Counted from the first letter of the stretch, positions 8,668 to 20,486 are shown. The stretch is 64,000 nucleotides of DNA from an uncultured Chitinophagaceae bacterium (GCA_963726895.1 CAVSED010000026.1:128-64127), one strand, 5' to 3'. The notes: generated by a model from the sequence alone, not told the origin. Translations and numbers: made by a program.

Positions 8668-11600
8668 TATTGATTTAAAAAATTGGGTGAATAGGCATTT
8701 AGTTCAATTACTGTTTGATTGTATTCGTTCAAGGCATCTATATAACCCGCCTGCAGGCTGATAGCCTGGTTGACCAACATTGCCCATTCTAGAAAGTTGA
8801 TTGCCCCATTGTTGAATTGCAGGGTTGCATTTTGGTACAATATTTCAGCATTTTTTAAAGCTGATGTTTGGTAATAGTTGAGTGTCTCAGTATTTTTTTT
8901 GCTTTGAATGATGAGTTGCTGCAATGCAGACTTTTGCAGTGCCAGAGTATCTTCATATTCAACCTGTGCTGCCTGGTACCTTATGCCGGCTGAAGCGATT
9001 TTTGCTTTGATAGAAGTGGTAAATAACGGTATGTTTATTCCTGCTATGTAAGAAGAAAAACGATTGGCAGCCGTATAGGTTTTGTTTACACCATTTATAG
9101 TTTGTGTACCCACAAACGACTGGTTATTATATCCGAAATTCAACAATGGAAGTTTTCGTGTTTTTGCCAGCAGCCATTCGTTATGCACGATCTGCTGTTG
9201 TTGTTTTTTATATTGCAACAAAGCAGAACGGTTGATGGTTGAAGTGTCGGGGAGATCAATAAGGTTTGCCTTCACACCAACTTCGACCGGTACGTACAAC
9301 GCTCCACTATTGAGATAAATAAGAAAATTGCGTTTGCACGATAAGTAAGTCTGCCTGTAATTGGCGCAGTTGGTTGGCTGCCTGCATCCGCTGGGTCTCT
9401 GCGGATGTTTTTTCAACAATGTTTACCTCTCCTACTTTAAACCGAAGCTCCTGCCGTTGTAAAAAAGCTGCATAAAGACTATCAGCTTTTTGCAGGAGTT
9501 TTTGTTTTTGCAGCAGAATGATCATTTGATAATACAACTGCGTTACCCGTTTTTTTATCTGCAGTCGTATAATATTTTCATTGAGCAAACCGCTTTTTGT
9601 TTGTGCTTTGTACAAATCAAGTTGTCTTTTATAAACCTGTGGAAAAGCAATGGTTTGACTGATCGTAAACCTGGTATCGGCTATTGCACTGTTTATCTTT
9701 CCATACTCAGCCTGGGCGCCCGTTAGCGGTATCTCCCAGCCACTGCTATTTAACCTCTGCAACGACTTTGTTTGGAGCCGGGCTGCCTGGATGGACAAAT
9801 TTTGTTGTAAAGCCGTGGTAATTGCGTCCTGCAATGAAATGGGAGTGTTTTGTGCGTTTAGGTGCGTAGGTAAAACGGTGCCGGGAAGTAGTAGTAATAT
9901 TCCCATTTTACTCAGCGAGGTCGCACGAGCGGCACTTGATTTTTTTTGTGTGGCTTTTTTATTTTTTTGATAGGTTTCAAAAACCAGGTAAAGTATTGGC
10001 AGCACGAGCAAGGTGAGGAGAGTTGCTGTGATAAGACCTCCAATTACAACGGTTGCCAGCGGTCTTTGCACTTCGGCGCCCGCACCTGTGCTCATGGCCA
10101 TGGGCAAAAACCCCAGGGAGGCAACAGATGCAGTCATCAACACAGGTCGCAACCGGGTAGTAGTTCCTGTAATGATCCGCTGTAGTATGTCGTGCATACC
10201 TTCCCGCTTGAGGTAGTTGAATTCCGTTAGCAATACGATACCGTTCAAAACCGCTATGCCAAATAAAGCAATGAAACCCACACCGGCTGAAATGCTAAAG
10301 GGCAGACCGCGGAGATACAAAGAGAAAACACCGCCTATTGCCGAAAGCGGAATGGCAGTGAATATCAACAAGCTTTCGCCTAACGAATGAAACACAAAAA
10401 ACAGCATAATAAAGATGAGCAGTAATGAAACAGGAACGGCGATACTCAGTCTCTTTTTTGCTGCTACCAGATTTTCAAATTGTCCGCCATAGGTAATATA
10501 ATAACCCGGTGGAAATTTCATCCGTTGGGCTATTTTGGTTTGCAACTGGGTTACTACACTTTGTACATCTTTTCCCCGTACGTTGAAACCAACCGTGATC
10601 CTACGTTGCGCATTTTCCCGTTGAATTTGGTTAGGTCCATCTTTTATCTGCACATCCGCTATTTGTTGTAAGGGAATTTGTTGGCCAGTTGACGTGGGTA
10701 TCAGCAGGTTTTGTACGTCAGATAAATTTTGTCGCCCCTGGTTGTTTAGGCGTACAACCATATCAAAACGTCGTTCGCTCTCATACACCTGCCCGGTAAT
10801 GGCACCGGCAAAAGCAGCCTGTAAGGTGTTGTTGACATCGGCTATCGAAATGCCAAATTGCGCCAGTGCGGTCCTGTTATAGTTTACTTCAATTTGAGGC
10901 AAGCCGGTCTGAGATTCTAACATAGATGTCTTTTGCGCCTTCGATACCTCCGATAAGAGAACCCAGCTTTCCGGCGCTTTTTTCCAGCACATCCAGGTCT
11001 TCACCAAAAATTTTACAGATCACATCCTGCCTTCCGCCTGTCATCAGTTCATTAAAACGCATTTGTACCGGAAACTGAAATCCAGCAGTAATACCCGGCA
11101 CATCTTCTAAGGCTTTGCTCATTTTTTCAGCCAGTTCATCAAATGTTTTTGCCGAAGTCCAGTTTTTTTTGGCTTTAAAATTACCATCATGTCCGATGCG
11201 TCCATCGACATGGGGTCTGTGGGTATTTCTCCGCTGCCGATCTTGGTAACAACTTTTTCTACTTCCGGGAACTTTTGTAATAAAATATGCGATGCCTGTT
11301 GCGTTGACTGAATAGTTTGTGTAAGCGAACTGCCTGTTAACACCCTGGTATCTACCGCAAAATCGCCTTCTTCTAATTTTGGTATAAACTCCCCTCCCAA
11401 CCTGGTCATTACAAAGAAGGCAAGAGCAAATAAGCCCAACAGAAACCAGGAGTACCGATTTTTTATAAGCGACGGCTTTCAATAAAATCGTATGGTAAAC
11501 ACTTTCCAGTTTTGCCATCATTTTATCTGCAAATGAAGGCTTGGTCACTACTTTTTTACTCAGCACCAGCGAACTCATCATAGGAACATAAGTAAGGGAA

Positions 11601-13080
11601 AGAATAAAAGCGCCGATGATAGCAAAGGCTACTGTTTCAGCCATCGGCTTAAACATTTTTCCTTCTATGCCTTCCAGTGAAAGTATAGGAAGGTAAACGA
11701 TCAGAATAATGACTTGCCCGAATATGGCGGCATTCATTAGTTTGCTTGCCGACTCCTTCACTTCATCATTCATTTGGTGCTGACTTAGTTTTTCCAGGCC
11801 ATTGAAAGCAGTGGTCTTATGCAACCTGTGCATGGTCGCTTCAACAATAATAACAGCGCCATCTACAATCAACCCAAAGTCAAGCGCGCCCAAACTCATC
11901 AAGTTTCCACTAACGCCAAACATAACCATCATACTTACCGCAAACAACATGGCGAGAGGTATAATGGAGGCTACCAGCAAACCTGCCCGCAGATTTCCCA
12001 AAAAGATCACCAGGATAAAAACAACGATCAAAGCCCCTTCCAACAGGTTTTTTTTGACCGTGCCAATGGCATTATTGACCATTTTGGTACGGTCGAGAAA
12101 AGGCTCAATCATTACTCCCTCCGGCAGTGTCTTTTGTATCTGCACTATTTTATCTTTCACGTCTTTGATCACCTGTGATGAATTTCCCCCCTTTAGCATC
12201 ATCACTACTGCGCCTGCCACTTCACCCTCATCATTGTAGCACATAGCCCCGTAACGTGTGGCAAACCCAATGTGAACGTCGGCAATGTTCTTAATTAAAA
12301 CGGGCGTACCATCAGGCAAGGTTTTCACGACTATCCTCTCTATATCTTCCTTGTTTTTTACCAGACCTTCACTGCGTATGAATAAGACAGTCGGACCTTT
12401 TTCAATGTATGCTCCGCCTGTATTCTGGTTGTTTTTTTGCAAGGCCGAAAAAACGTCATTGATGGTCAGGTTATAGGATTTTAGCTGGGCAGCATTCACC
12501 CCTACTTCGTATTGCTTTAGTTTACCGCCAAAACTGCTCACATCCGCAATGCCCGGCGTGCCCAATAGTTGGCTGCGCACTATCCAGTCCTGTATCGTGC
12601 GCAACTCCATGGCTCATATTTACCCTCGTACCCGGGTTTGGGTCTCACCACGTACTGAAATATCTCGCCGAGACCAGTAGTTACCGGACCCAATGTTGGT
12701 GTACCCAACCCTGCCGGAATTTGGTTCTGTACTTCACTCAGCCGTTCACTTACTTGTTGGCGGGCCCAATAAACATCTGTCTTATCAGTAAATACAATGG
12801 TGATGATTGACAAGCCGAAACGGGAAAAAGAACGTTGTTCTATGATACCGGGAATGTTTCGTGTAGATATCTCTATGGGAAAAGTAATCAGGCGTTCAAT
12901 ATCGGCAGCGCCGAGTGATGGGGATGAGGTGATGATGAGCACCTGGTTATTGGTGATGTCGGGTACTGCATCGATGGGTAAACGGGACGCGTTGTACACA
13001 CCAAAAGCTACCATACCCAGCACCAAAATGCCTACGATCAATCTGTTGTGAACGGAAAATGCAATGATTTTATTGAGCAT
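8667..13080 (-). CDS. CusA/CzcA heavy-metal RND transporter with fused C-terminal TolC-like domain; several frameshifts
   Basis: LPIDAVPDITNNQV, GALDFGLIVDGAVIIVE, RLRPVLMTA, AEVQRPLATVVIGG spread over consecutive ORFs 12580-13080, 10889-12610, 11119-11439, 9307-11007, 8667-9419. Confidence 0.9.
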
Positions 13081-13115
13081 ATAACGAGTAACTTAAACAA
13101 TGATTAAAAGCTTTG

Positions 13116-13314
13116 CTTCATCAAAAGAAAATGGAGTTAACGGTATCTTGTTGCAACTGAACATCGCTGTGCTGCCTGCATTACTACGAAGTATTCTTAG
13201 TAATACGTGCAACAATGTTTGCGACACGATCTTCAGTTTACAACAAAAACGGCAGGTGATAAATACTCCTTTAACACAACATGGCTAAAGGAGTTACCGG
13301 CATCTTTGATGAAG
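13116..13314 (-). ncRNA. Candidate structured leader RNA upstream of czcA
   Basis: Pairings 13116-13125/13305-13314, 13148-13166/13227-13246, 13265-13273/13286-13294. Confidence 0.35.
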
Positions 13315-13352
13315 TGAATAACAGATAAGGGTTTGCTGCATAGCGAAAAAAC

Positions 13353-13429
13353 TGTACAAGGGTGCGACCTGCCTACCGGCAGGCAGGCGCAACAATGCCT
13401 AATTGCATAACAATGTCTGGCCCAAAAAA
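13353..13429 (-). repeat. Bipartite repeat type A with the same 20-nt hairpin (13368-13387)
   Basis: TGTACAAGGGTGCGA[CCTGCCTACCGGCAGGCAGG]CGCAACAATG. Confidence 0.85.
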
Positions 13430-13471
13430 CCGATCAAACAGTTTTGAAACCCTCCGATTACCATTAAATGA

Positions 13472-13852
13472 CTAAGAAAACTGGGGAGGCTGGAAAATAT
13501 CTTTATTGCAAACGGAAGGAATGAAAGGAGAATAAAATGTATGAAAATCGAGCCTTAGTTCCTGCATATGTGCGGTAGGAACTTCGGTGCTGGAAGGAAC
13601 CGGTGCAGAGGGACAATTGTGAACGATCAACGCGACTGAGGTCGTTTTAAAAGGCAATTCCATATCGGTACTATCATGTGGACCGCCATTGAAATAATGT
13701 AATCGTAAAAACGCAAACACAGAAATATCGCCATTCAACGCCTTATGTTCTTTGTAATGAGAGATGAGTACAGGAAGTTTGATCAGTTGACACAACTCCG
13801 TATTTGCCAGTAACTGCAAAGAAAAAAATAATATGGCTATAGAGCGTAGCAC
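13472..13852 (-). CDS. Conserved hypothetical His-containing protein preceding czc operon
   Basis: KLPVLISHYKEHK...FLRLHY...D..LPFK...IFQPP; probable GTG start 13852. Confidence 0.7.
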   Translation of the reverse strand: MLRSIAILFFSLQLLANTELCQLIKLPVLISHYKEHKALNGDISVFAFLRLHYFNGGPHDSTDMELPFKTTSVALIVHNCPSAPVPSSTEVPTAHMQELRLDFHTFYSPFIPSVCNKDIFQPPQFS

Positions 13853-14217
13853 GAAGTTTATAAATTTTATTTTCCCGAAAAATTTGACATCGTCAAAGGT
13901 ATTCTCCATTACAACCTGTAACGAATATTGGTTCAAAACTAAGAAATGATATGTTTACTGATCATTCAAAAGATAATATCCGGTAAAAAATACTTTGCCA
14001 AAAAAATCAAACTGCCTTTTTACGCCCCATGTTCTATTTTGTTCGTGCGGATACACGCATTGTCAACAATAAAATGATCTGCTCATAGTTTTTTAGATCA
14101 CCCTAACCACTCCGGTCTGCGGTTGTATTAAAGGGTTTCTGACAAATAGTACCGAACCGCTTTTACCAAATTAGAACCATAAATTTGACCGCTGCGCAGG
14201 CGTAAATATTTATATAA

Positions 14218-14290
14218 ATGAAGGTCATACAATTGACCATACCGGTAGCGAAAAATACTTCTATTTACGTGCAGGAGGCAAATCTGAACG
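14218..14290 (+). pseudogene. Possible 5' remnant of an AraC-family regulator
   Basis: MKVIQLTIPVAKNTSIYVQE resembles, from memory, Bacteroidota AraC N-termini; the ORF then runs into repeat DNA. Confidence 0.35.
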
Positions 14291-14429
14291 ACAACAAATG
14301 TTTGTCAGCCGAATGGTTTGAATATAGCATAACCGATACCGAAGAACTACGGATGAACGAAATACCAATACACAATTGCCAACCACACCGAAGACATTAC
14401 ATAGCCAGCGGACCGCGGCATACAACATC

Positions 14430-14705
14430 AAAGCTGCCCGGAGAACAAGATCTATTCTTGAGTTGGAGGTGCACTGCGGAACACCTGGAACAACATTGCG
14501 TTTATTTTTTCTATTTAGAAAAGCTTGTCAAGGAATTTACAGTCTAAACGGAGCGTCGCAACCAAAGCCGCTCCCGGTTTTGTAGCCGGCTACCAAATAA
14601 TCATTTTCACCACATAAAGGTCGTTCTGAGAACTACATCTATGCTAACGTTCGAGGTGCCCTGCGGAACACCCCGAACAACATTGGGAACACCTCGAACA
14701 ACCCT
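14430..14705 (+). repeat. Repeat cluster: two GTTCGAGGTG/CACCTCGAAC-type modules around a type B bipartite repeat (14546-14598, minus)
   Basis: GTTGGAGGTGCACTGCGGAACACCTGGAAC; AACGGAGCGTCGCAAC; GTTCGAGGTGCCCTGCGGAACACCCCGAAC. Confidence 0.7.
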
Positions 14706-14754
14706 GGATTTACAAATTTCGCGACAATTAATTGACAATTTCTTACGGTTTGTG

Positions 14755-16842
14755 TTATTGGGTTATAATGCCAACTTCCGCATATCCCACTGCATTATCG
14801 CCCTGGGTGTTTTGTGTAGCTGTCAATTTAATGTACCTGGCTTTAACGGGTGCAAAAGATCTTGTTTGACCAATAGGATTGTTTTTAATATTAGCGAATT
14901 CACCTGCATCCATTTGTTTCCAATCGCTGCCATTGTTAGAAACAGAGAAGCTATACTTCGTTATAATACCGGTTGCCCACCAATGCTGGTCAGGCAGATA
15001 TTTAAAGCCGCTGACATTCTCTGGTTTACCCATATCTATCACCAAATCGACCGGCATTTTGTTTTCGCCATGCTGGTACCATTGTGTATTGGCATCTCCA
15101 TCCAGCATCTTTTTGCTTTCCTCGTCATCTACCCCCACTACCTTCCAAAGCCTGCGGGCTATGTCAAAACTTTCTTCTTTTACAGGGCTATACTTTTGGG
15201 TGTGAGGATCAAAGGCAATGCTCTTTATCGTCACCTTACCATCACCTGTTTTCACCGGTCCATTGTACCTCGGCGAGCTTTTAGTTGGCTTGCTGCCATC
15301 CAATGTATAGTATAGCTGGGTCTCAAAATCTGCCGGCAATATTTTTACATCACCCGACTGCTCTCGTACAATATCAGGCGCGGCTAATACCAACGGAGCA
15401 TTGTACACTTCCACGTTCGCAATCAGCGGGCAATCTTTGGCGCCGGTAATGTTGAGCCGCAGTTTATTTGCCGTCACGGTTGGAAAGCGCAATATGCGTT
15501 TATAGCCGATGGTAGTCTCTTTTGCAATTGGCTTCCATTGGTTGTTTACCAACGCCTCCACAGTAAAAGTTTTTACACGCTGCCCAAGTGGAATGTATTC
15601 CTGCACCAAAAAACGATTGAACGACTTAGGCTTTGCAAAAGTGAGTGTCAGCGAGGCTTCCTTTACACCATCGTCCGTTGCCCAGTATGTTTCTTTATCG
15701 GTATCAATAGCCATGTCTGCTCCAAACCTTTTCGCCCTGCCCCGCACATTGGTAGCTGCTGCCGTTGCACTTTTTGCAATATTGTTGGCAAATGCTTGCT
15801 TTACTTCTTTGGCAAACGACAAGACAGCTTCTTCATCATAGGGATGTATCAATCCATTGGGCATGATCGGAAAATTCAACAACAAGGTTGCGTTGCGCCC
15901 AATAGAGTTGTAATAGATATCCATGAGTTGCGGCAACGTTTTTACTTTGCTGTCTTCCTTTTTGTGGTAGAACCATTCCGGTCTTATAGAAGTATTTACC
16001 TCGCCGGGCACCCATTTATTACCGTTCTCCAAACCATTTCTCAGCATTGGCTCTGTCACTTCGCCGGTAGAGTCCAGCAAACTCCAGTTGGTCTCGCCAA
16101 CATAACCCGCTTCGGTGCCTACCCATCGCAGGTCTGCCCTGTCACCGCCGTCGTTCCAGATCACCATGTTGGGCTGCAGTGCACGCACAAGGCTATAGGT
16201 GTTCTTCCAGTCGTAGTAAGTGCTACGGTCTATTTTACGGGTCTCATTGGCACCGCCGTAGTAGCCTGAGCCACCGTTCGCACCATCGAACCATATCTCG
16301 AAAATGTCACCGTAGTTGGTCAATAGTTCGCGCAGTTGATTTCTGAAATAGGTTATATATTCCGGTTTGCCATAGTCTGCACGGTTCCTGTCCCACGGCG
16401 AAAGATAGACGCCAAATTTCAGCCCGTACTCTTTACACGCATCCGACATTTCGCGTACTATATCGCCTTTGCCGTTTTTCCAGGGAGAATTTTTTACCGA
16501 GTAGTCGGTGTATTTCGACGGCCACAGGCAAAAGCCGCTGTGGTGTTTTGCAGTTAATATCAAACCCGTCATGCCTGCTTCCTTACAAATGCGCGCCCAT
16601 TGCCGGCAATCCAGGTTCACCGGGTTAAAAATACCCGGGTCTTCATTTCCGTTTCCCCATGCCATATCTGTATAGGTATTCACCGACAAGTGTACAAAAG
16701 CATAGTACTCCATGTGCTGCCAGTTCACCTGGTTTTTCGACGGCACAGGACCGCAGGGCGCGGGCACTTTTGGTTGGCAACAAACAGACCCGGCAATGGC
16801 AATAAGAATGAATGTTGCTATGCAAACAATTTTAATCTTCAT
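14755..16842 (-). CDS. Alpha-L-fucosidase (GH29) with F5/8 type C and Fn3-associated domains
   Basis: LTAKHHSGFCLWPS, GVYLSPWDR, EIWFDGA, SIRPEWFYH; signal peptide. Confidence 0.93.
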   Translation of the reverse strand: MKIKIVCIATFILIAIAGSVCCQPKVPAPCGPVPSKNQVNWQHMEYYAFVHLSVNTYTDMAWGNGNEDPGIFNPVNLDCRQWARICKEAGMTGLILTAKHHSGFCLWPSKYTDYSVKNSPWKNGKGDIVREMSDACKEYGLKFGVYLSPWDRNRADYGKPEYITYFRNQLRELLTNYGDIFEIWFDGANGGSGYYGGANETRKIDRSTYYDWKNTYSLVRALQPNMVIWNDGGDRADLRWVGTEAGYVGETNWSLLDSTGEVTEPMLRNGLENGNKWVPGEVNTSIRPEWFYHKKEDSKVKTLPQLMDIYYNSIGRNATLLLNFPIMPNGLIHPYDEEAVLSFAKEVKQAFANNIAKSATAAATNVRGRAKRFGADMAIDTDKETYWATDDGVKEASLTLTFAKPKSFNRFLVQEYIPLGQRVKTFTVEALVNNQWKPIAKETTIGYKRILRFPTVTANKLRLNITGAKDCPLIANVEVYNAPLVLAAPDIVREQSGDVKILPADFETQLYYTLDGSKPTKSSPRYNGPVKTGDGKVTIKSIAFDPHTQKYSPVKEESFDIARRLWKVVGVDDEESKKMLDGDANTQWYQHGENKMPVDLVIDMGKPENVSGFKYLPDQHWWATGIITKYSFSVSNNGSDWKQMDAGEFANIKNNPIGQTRSFAPVKARYIKLTATQNTQGDNAVGYAEVGIITQ

Positions 16843-16977
16843 ATTATTTCACGTTTGGCAGTGTTTACTATCGTTAGCTTTCGCAGGCAGTTTTTACAGA
16901 AAACGGAAATTAGTAAAAGCGTTTCAAACAGTACCAGGTTGTTGGTAGCACGCTATGAGCAATACAAGAACCGGAAA

Positions 16978-17166
16978 TTTTTTTTGGGACCAGGCAGTTG
17001 TACGCTTATATAGCTCCGGTTGCGTCGCACTCTTCAGCGGTATAGCCGTGAGGAACGAAATTGGAAAATCGAAAGTTGTTCTAAGAACAACTTTTATCCA
17101 TCAGTTCGAGGTGCCCTACGAAATTGTCTGAACTATGATTTATAAGATTGAATGATTGCCATGATT
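16978..17166 (+). repeat. Composite repeat scaffold copy 1 (bipartite type A, GTTGTTCTAAGAACAAC module, TGTCTGAACTATGATT module)
   Basis: Direct similarity to 20735-21012 and 21403-21496. Confidence 0.85.
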
Positions 17167-17252
17167 TGTTTGTCCTGTTAAGTCTCCTTTTTAAGTCTCG
17201 AACTTAGCCAAAATGACCCCGTCATTTAAGCCCAAAGCTGTTCTGAGAGTAA

Positions 17253-17555
17253 TTACATCTTTGTCCCTTTTATTAAAATTGATGCCTTAATGGATTGATC
17301 TTTTAGATGTAAAAATTTCTTTCGTTCGTCATCTTGTTTAAAGTTGTCAAAATCCATTTCTGTGTTAAATTCTACAAGATGTATTTCATATGGTTTGTCT
17401 ATAAGACTTTCTATAAAGTTGTTTTCTGCAGGTCTAACTCTTAGTAAAAGTCTTCCATTGTATCTTAAAATTGCCGGAATGGCTATGGCTTCAAATTCGT
17501 CAAAAATTTGTTCTTGTCCGTCAATAATGTAAACCAGTTGGGTTATAAAAATCAT
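17253..17555 (-). CDS. DUF1330-family protein
   Basis: 100 aa; AIPAILRYNGRLLLR...EIHLVEF pattern; AT-rich. Confidence 0.75.
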   Translation of the reverse strand: MIFITQLVYIIDGQEQIFDEFEAIAIPAILRYNGRLLLRVRPAENNFIESLIDKPYEIHLVEFNTEMDFDNFKQDDERKKFLHLKDQSIKASILIKGTKM

Positions 17556-17600
17556 TTGCCTTTTTTTGCTGTTTTGAATATTAAAAATTCATGTTCCGCA

Positions 17601-17847
17601 TGATTGCCATGATTTTATGCTCTGTCAGGAAACACCTTGAACAACGCGGGCGACCAGGTATATTGGTTGCGGGAACAGCCTGCAACGACCGAAATTGTAG
17701 ATAGTGGTTGAATGTAATTTTATCCATTCGCTAAAGAAACGCTCCTATATAGAAACATCAATGCCCATGCTTCAGTTGTAGGTCATAACTTGTCCGGTTC
17801 GAGGGAAGACCATGCAACGGCGCGGCTGCGGCAACACCAGCAACGGC
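17601..17847 (+). repeat. ~245-bp non-coding direct repeat, copy 1
   Basis: Aligns along its length with 21484-21729 (shared GATAGTGGTTGAATGTAATTTTATCCATTCGCTAAAGAAACGCTCC). Confidence 0.9.
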
Positions 17848-18176
17848 ACAAAAAGAGTAGTATTGAGCCACTCTGGTTCATGATGTTGTAGGTAAAACTA
17901 CTACCAATTATATCGTGAAAAAATCTGGTTATTCAGGTGTTTTTAAAAACATCCGGCTTTTTGTTATTTCGCGTTATTTCTCTTTTCGGCTATTTCAAAT
18001 TTTGAGGATGAAGATTAAAAAAACGAGAAAATTTGGACAAACTTGAAAACTTTTTTAATTTTCTAATCCCCATCTTATTGCAACCGGCTGCATTTGTTGT
18101 AACTTATTGAATACTATAGAAATAATAACGATTTCCAAATATTTCTCTCCATTAAAAAACCTCTAAATCAAACAAA

Positions 18177-20465
18177 ATGCATTTAATTCAACACAAGTTC
18201 ACTGAGCCGAGAAATTTTAGTGCTCAAAAACCCGTAAGTTCAAGAATGCTCTATGAAGCAAAAATATCAGCAATTTGTTTGCTGATATTTTTTTGTGTAC
18301 CCTCTTTATTGTCAGCACAATCTACAACCGGTGTTAAAAAAACAACCCTGAAAAAATCACCTGTTGCTCCTTCAAAAAGATTAGGTATTCCGGGAGTTCC
18401 AATTCCCAAAAAATCAAACATTAATGATGGTGGTGACGGTGACGGCGGCGGTGGCGGCACATGCACAAAGAAAGATTGGGTTCTTGATGCAGATAACGAT
18501 GGCTACTACACCGGACCGGTTGCAAACCAATGCGAAACGCCGGGAGCTGGATATATTGAAAAAAATAATCAGCAACCGGGCGACTGTAATGACGACAATG
18601 CAGCCATAAATCCTACTACGCCCTGGGTATCAGACGCAGACAACGATGGTTTCTACACTGGTGATGTGATCAGACTATGCACTTCGCCAGGCAATGACTA
18701 TGCAGTTCTGACCAACCAGCAACCGGGCGATTGCGATGACACAGATCCAAATGTGCAAACGCGTGGATGGGTGCTTGATATGGATAACGATGGCTATGGT
18801 ACAGGATCTGTTGTTTTTTCATGTACTTCACCTGGTAGTGGCTATAGGAATGATCCCGGTTTGCCATTAGGTGATTGTGACGATAACAATTCACTTATCA
18901 ACCCCACAACCCAGTGGGTAATAGACGCGGATAATGATGGTCAATACCCCGGAGATCATCCAATTATCCAATGTGCATCTCCGGGATTAGGCTACGTCAT
19001 TCTAAACGACCAGTTACCTGGCGACTGCGATGATAACGATCCAACTATCAAATTGCGTGTTTGGCTACTTGATAATGATAACGATGGCTATGGTGTGCTG
19101 CCCATGATCTTATCCTGCAACTCTCCAGGGAGCGCGTATAAAAGCGACAATAAAGTGTTTTTTTTAGATTGTGACGACAACGACCCACTGCTTAACCACG
19201 ATACAAAATGGGTATTAGATGCTGACAATGATGGCTATTATATTGCAGATCCTGTTAACCAATGCACATCACCCGGCAATGGATTTGTACTATTAGGCAA
19301 CCAGGTTGCCGGCGATTGCAATGACAATGATCCGGCTGTAAACGTAACCAAAACCTGGTACCAGGATATTGATAATGATGGCTATGCCGGATGGATTACA
19401 AAAGTTCAGTGTACACGTCCGCAAAACTACAAGTTGCAATCAGAATTAATAAGTACCGCTTTGGATTGCGAAGACGACGATTATTTGATCAATCCAGCCA
19501 CACAATGGGTGATGGATAAAGACGAAGATGGTTATTATATCGGTAACCCGAAAACATCCTGCACATCACCGGGTGCCGGCTATGTTGTAAAAAACAACCA
19601 AAATCCAGGAGATTGCGATGATAACAATGCCAACATAAACTATGGTACCGTGTGGTACAAAGACGTGGATAATGATGGCTATAGCAGTGGCTTTACAATA
19701 GTTCAATGCAAAAGACCCAAAAATTGCAAACTTGCCTCAGAACTAATTGCCACCAGCGGCGACTGCAAAGACAATAATCCATTGGTACATCCTGGCGCAA
19801 CTGAAATATGTGGCAATAAAATAGATGACAATTGCAATGGATTAATTGACGAAGACTGTTGCACCAACATTTCAAGTGGCGGAACTTACAATATAACTTC
19901 CGGCAGTGCCCAGCTACGTTGGACCGCTCCTATTGATGCTGTTCAATGGCAGATTCAGTTCAAAACAAAAGATGGAGTTAGTGCCTGGATAGACCGTCCT
20001 GCAGTAGATGGTACTTTGCGCTCTGCAACACTTTCTAACTTACAAGCCAGTCAAAATTATCTCTGGCACATAAGGGCATTATGCGGCAACGTATGGACCA
20101 ACTATTCCAGCACATTCCTTTTTAAAACGTTACCAAAGACAAGATCCAGACCTGCCACTGAAGCGAAAACTACAAAACCAGACGAAAAGGTCATTATTAC
20201 AGAACGTACGTTGAAAATTTATCCTAACCCCACTACAGGTACCTGCATGATCACCCTTCAGTCAGGCGAAACAGTCAATGCAAAAACACACATACTGCTT
20301 AGCGATATGACTGGCAGAACGGTATATACATTAGAAAGCAAGATTGAAAATGGTCTGTTGAAACAACAGATCAATATTCCCGGCAAACTGGTAAAGGGCA
20401 CATATTTAATACGTGTAGTAGTAGCCGACAAGACCTACAAAGGACTATTAGTGTACGCGAAATAA
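18177..20465 (+). CDS. T9SS-secreted protein with 9 WxxDxDxDG...DCxD repeats (MopE-related putative metal-binding motif), Fn3 domain and type A CTD
   Basis: Nine ~50-aa repeats; HPGATEICGNKIDDNCNG; KIYPNPT...KGTYLIRV. Confidence 0.85.
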   Translation: MHLIQHKFTEPRNFSAQKPVSSRMLYEAKISAICLLIFFCVPSLLSAQSTTGVKKTTLKKSPVAPSKRLGIPGVPIPKKSNINDGGDGDGGGGGTCTKKDWVLDADNDGYYTGPVANQCETPGAGYIEKNNQQPGDCNDDNAAINPTTPWVSDADNDGFYTGDVIRLCTSPGNDYAVLTNQQPGDCDDTDPNVQTRGWVLDMDNDGYGTGSVVFSCTSPGSGYRNDPGLPLGDCDDNNSLINPTTQWVIDADNDGQYPGDHPIIQCASPGLGYVILNDQLPGDCDDNDPTIKLRVWLLDNDNDGYGVLPMILSCNSPGSAYKSDNKVFFLDCDDNDPLLNHDTKWVLDADNDGYYIADPVNQCTSPGNGFVLLGNQVAGDCNDNDPAVNVTKTWYQDIDNDGYAGWITKVQCTRPQNYKLQSELISTALDCEDDDYLINPATQWVMDKDEDGYYIGNPKTSCTSPGAGYVVKNNQNPGDCDDNNANINYGTVWYKDVDNDGYSSGFTIVQCKRPKNCKLASELIATSGDCKDNNPLVHPGATEICGNKIDDNCNGLIDEDCCTNISSGGTYNITSGSAQLRWTAPIDAVQWQIQFKTKDGVSAWIDRPAVDGTLRSATLSNLQASQNYLWHIRALCGNVWTNYSSTFLFKTLPKTRSRPATEAKTTKPDEKVIITERTLKIYPNPTTGTCMITLQSGETVNAKTHILLSDMTGRTVYTLESKIENGLLKQQINIPGKLVKGTYLIRVVVADKTYKGLLVYAK

Positions 20466-20486
20466 ATGGATGATTTATTTACATGT

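Noticed and set aside
14641-17013. Long plus-strand ORFs opposite the fucosidase (and similar shadow ORFs elsewhere)
   Set aside because: Antisense to well-supported genes and lacking motifs.
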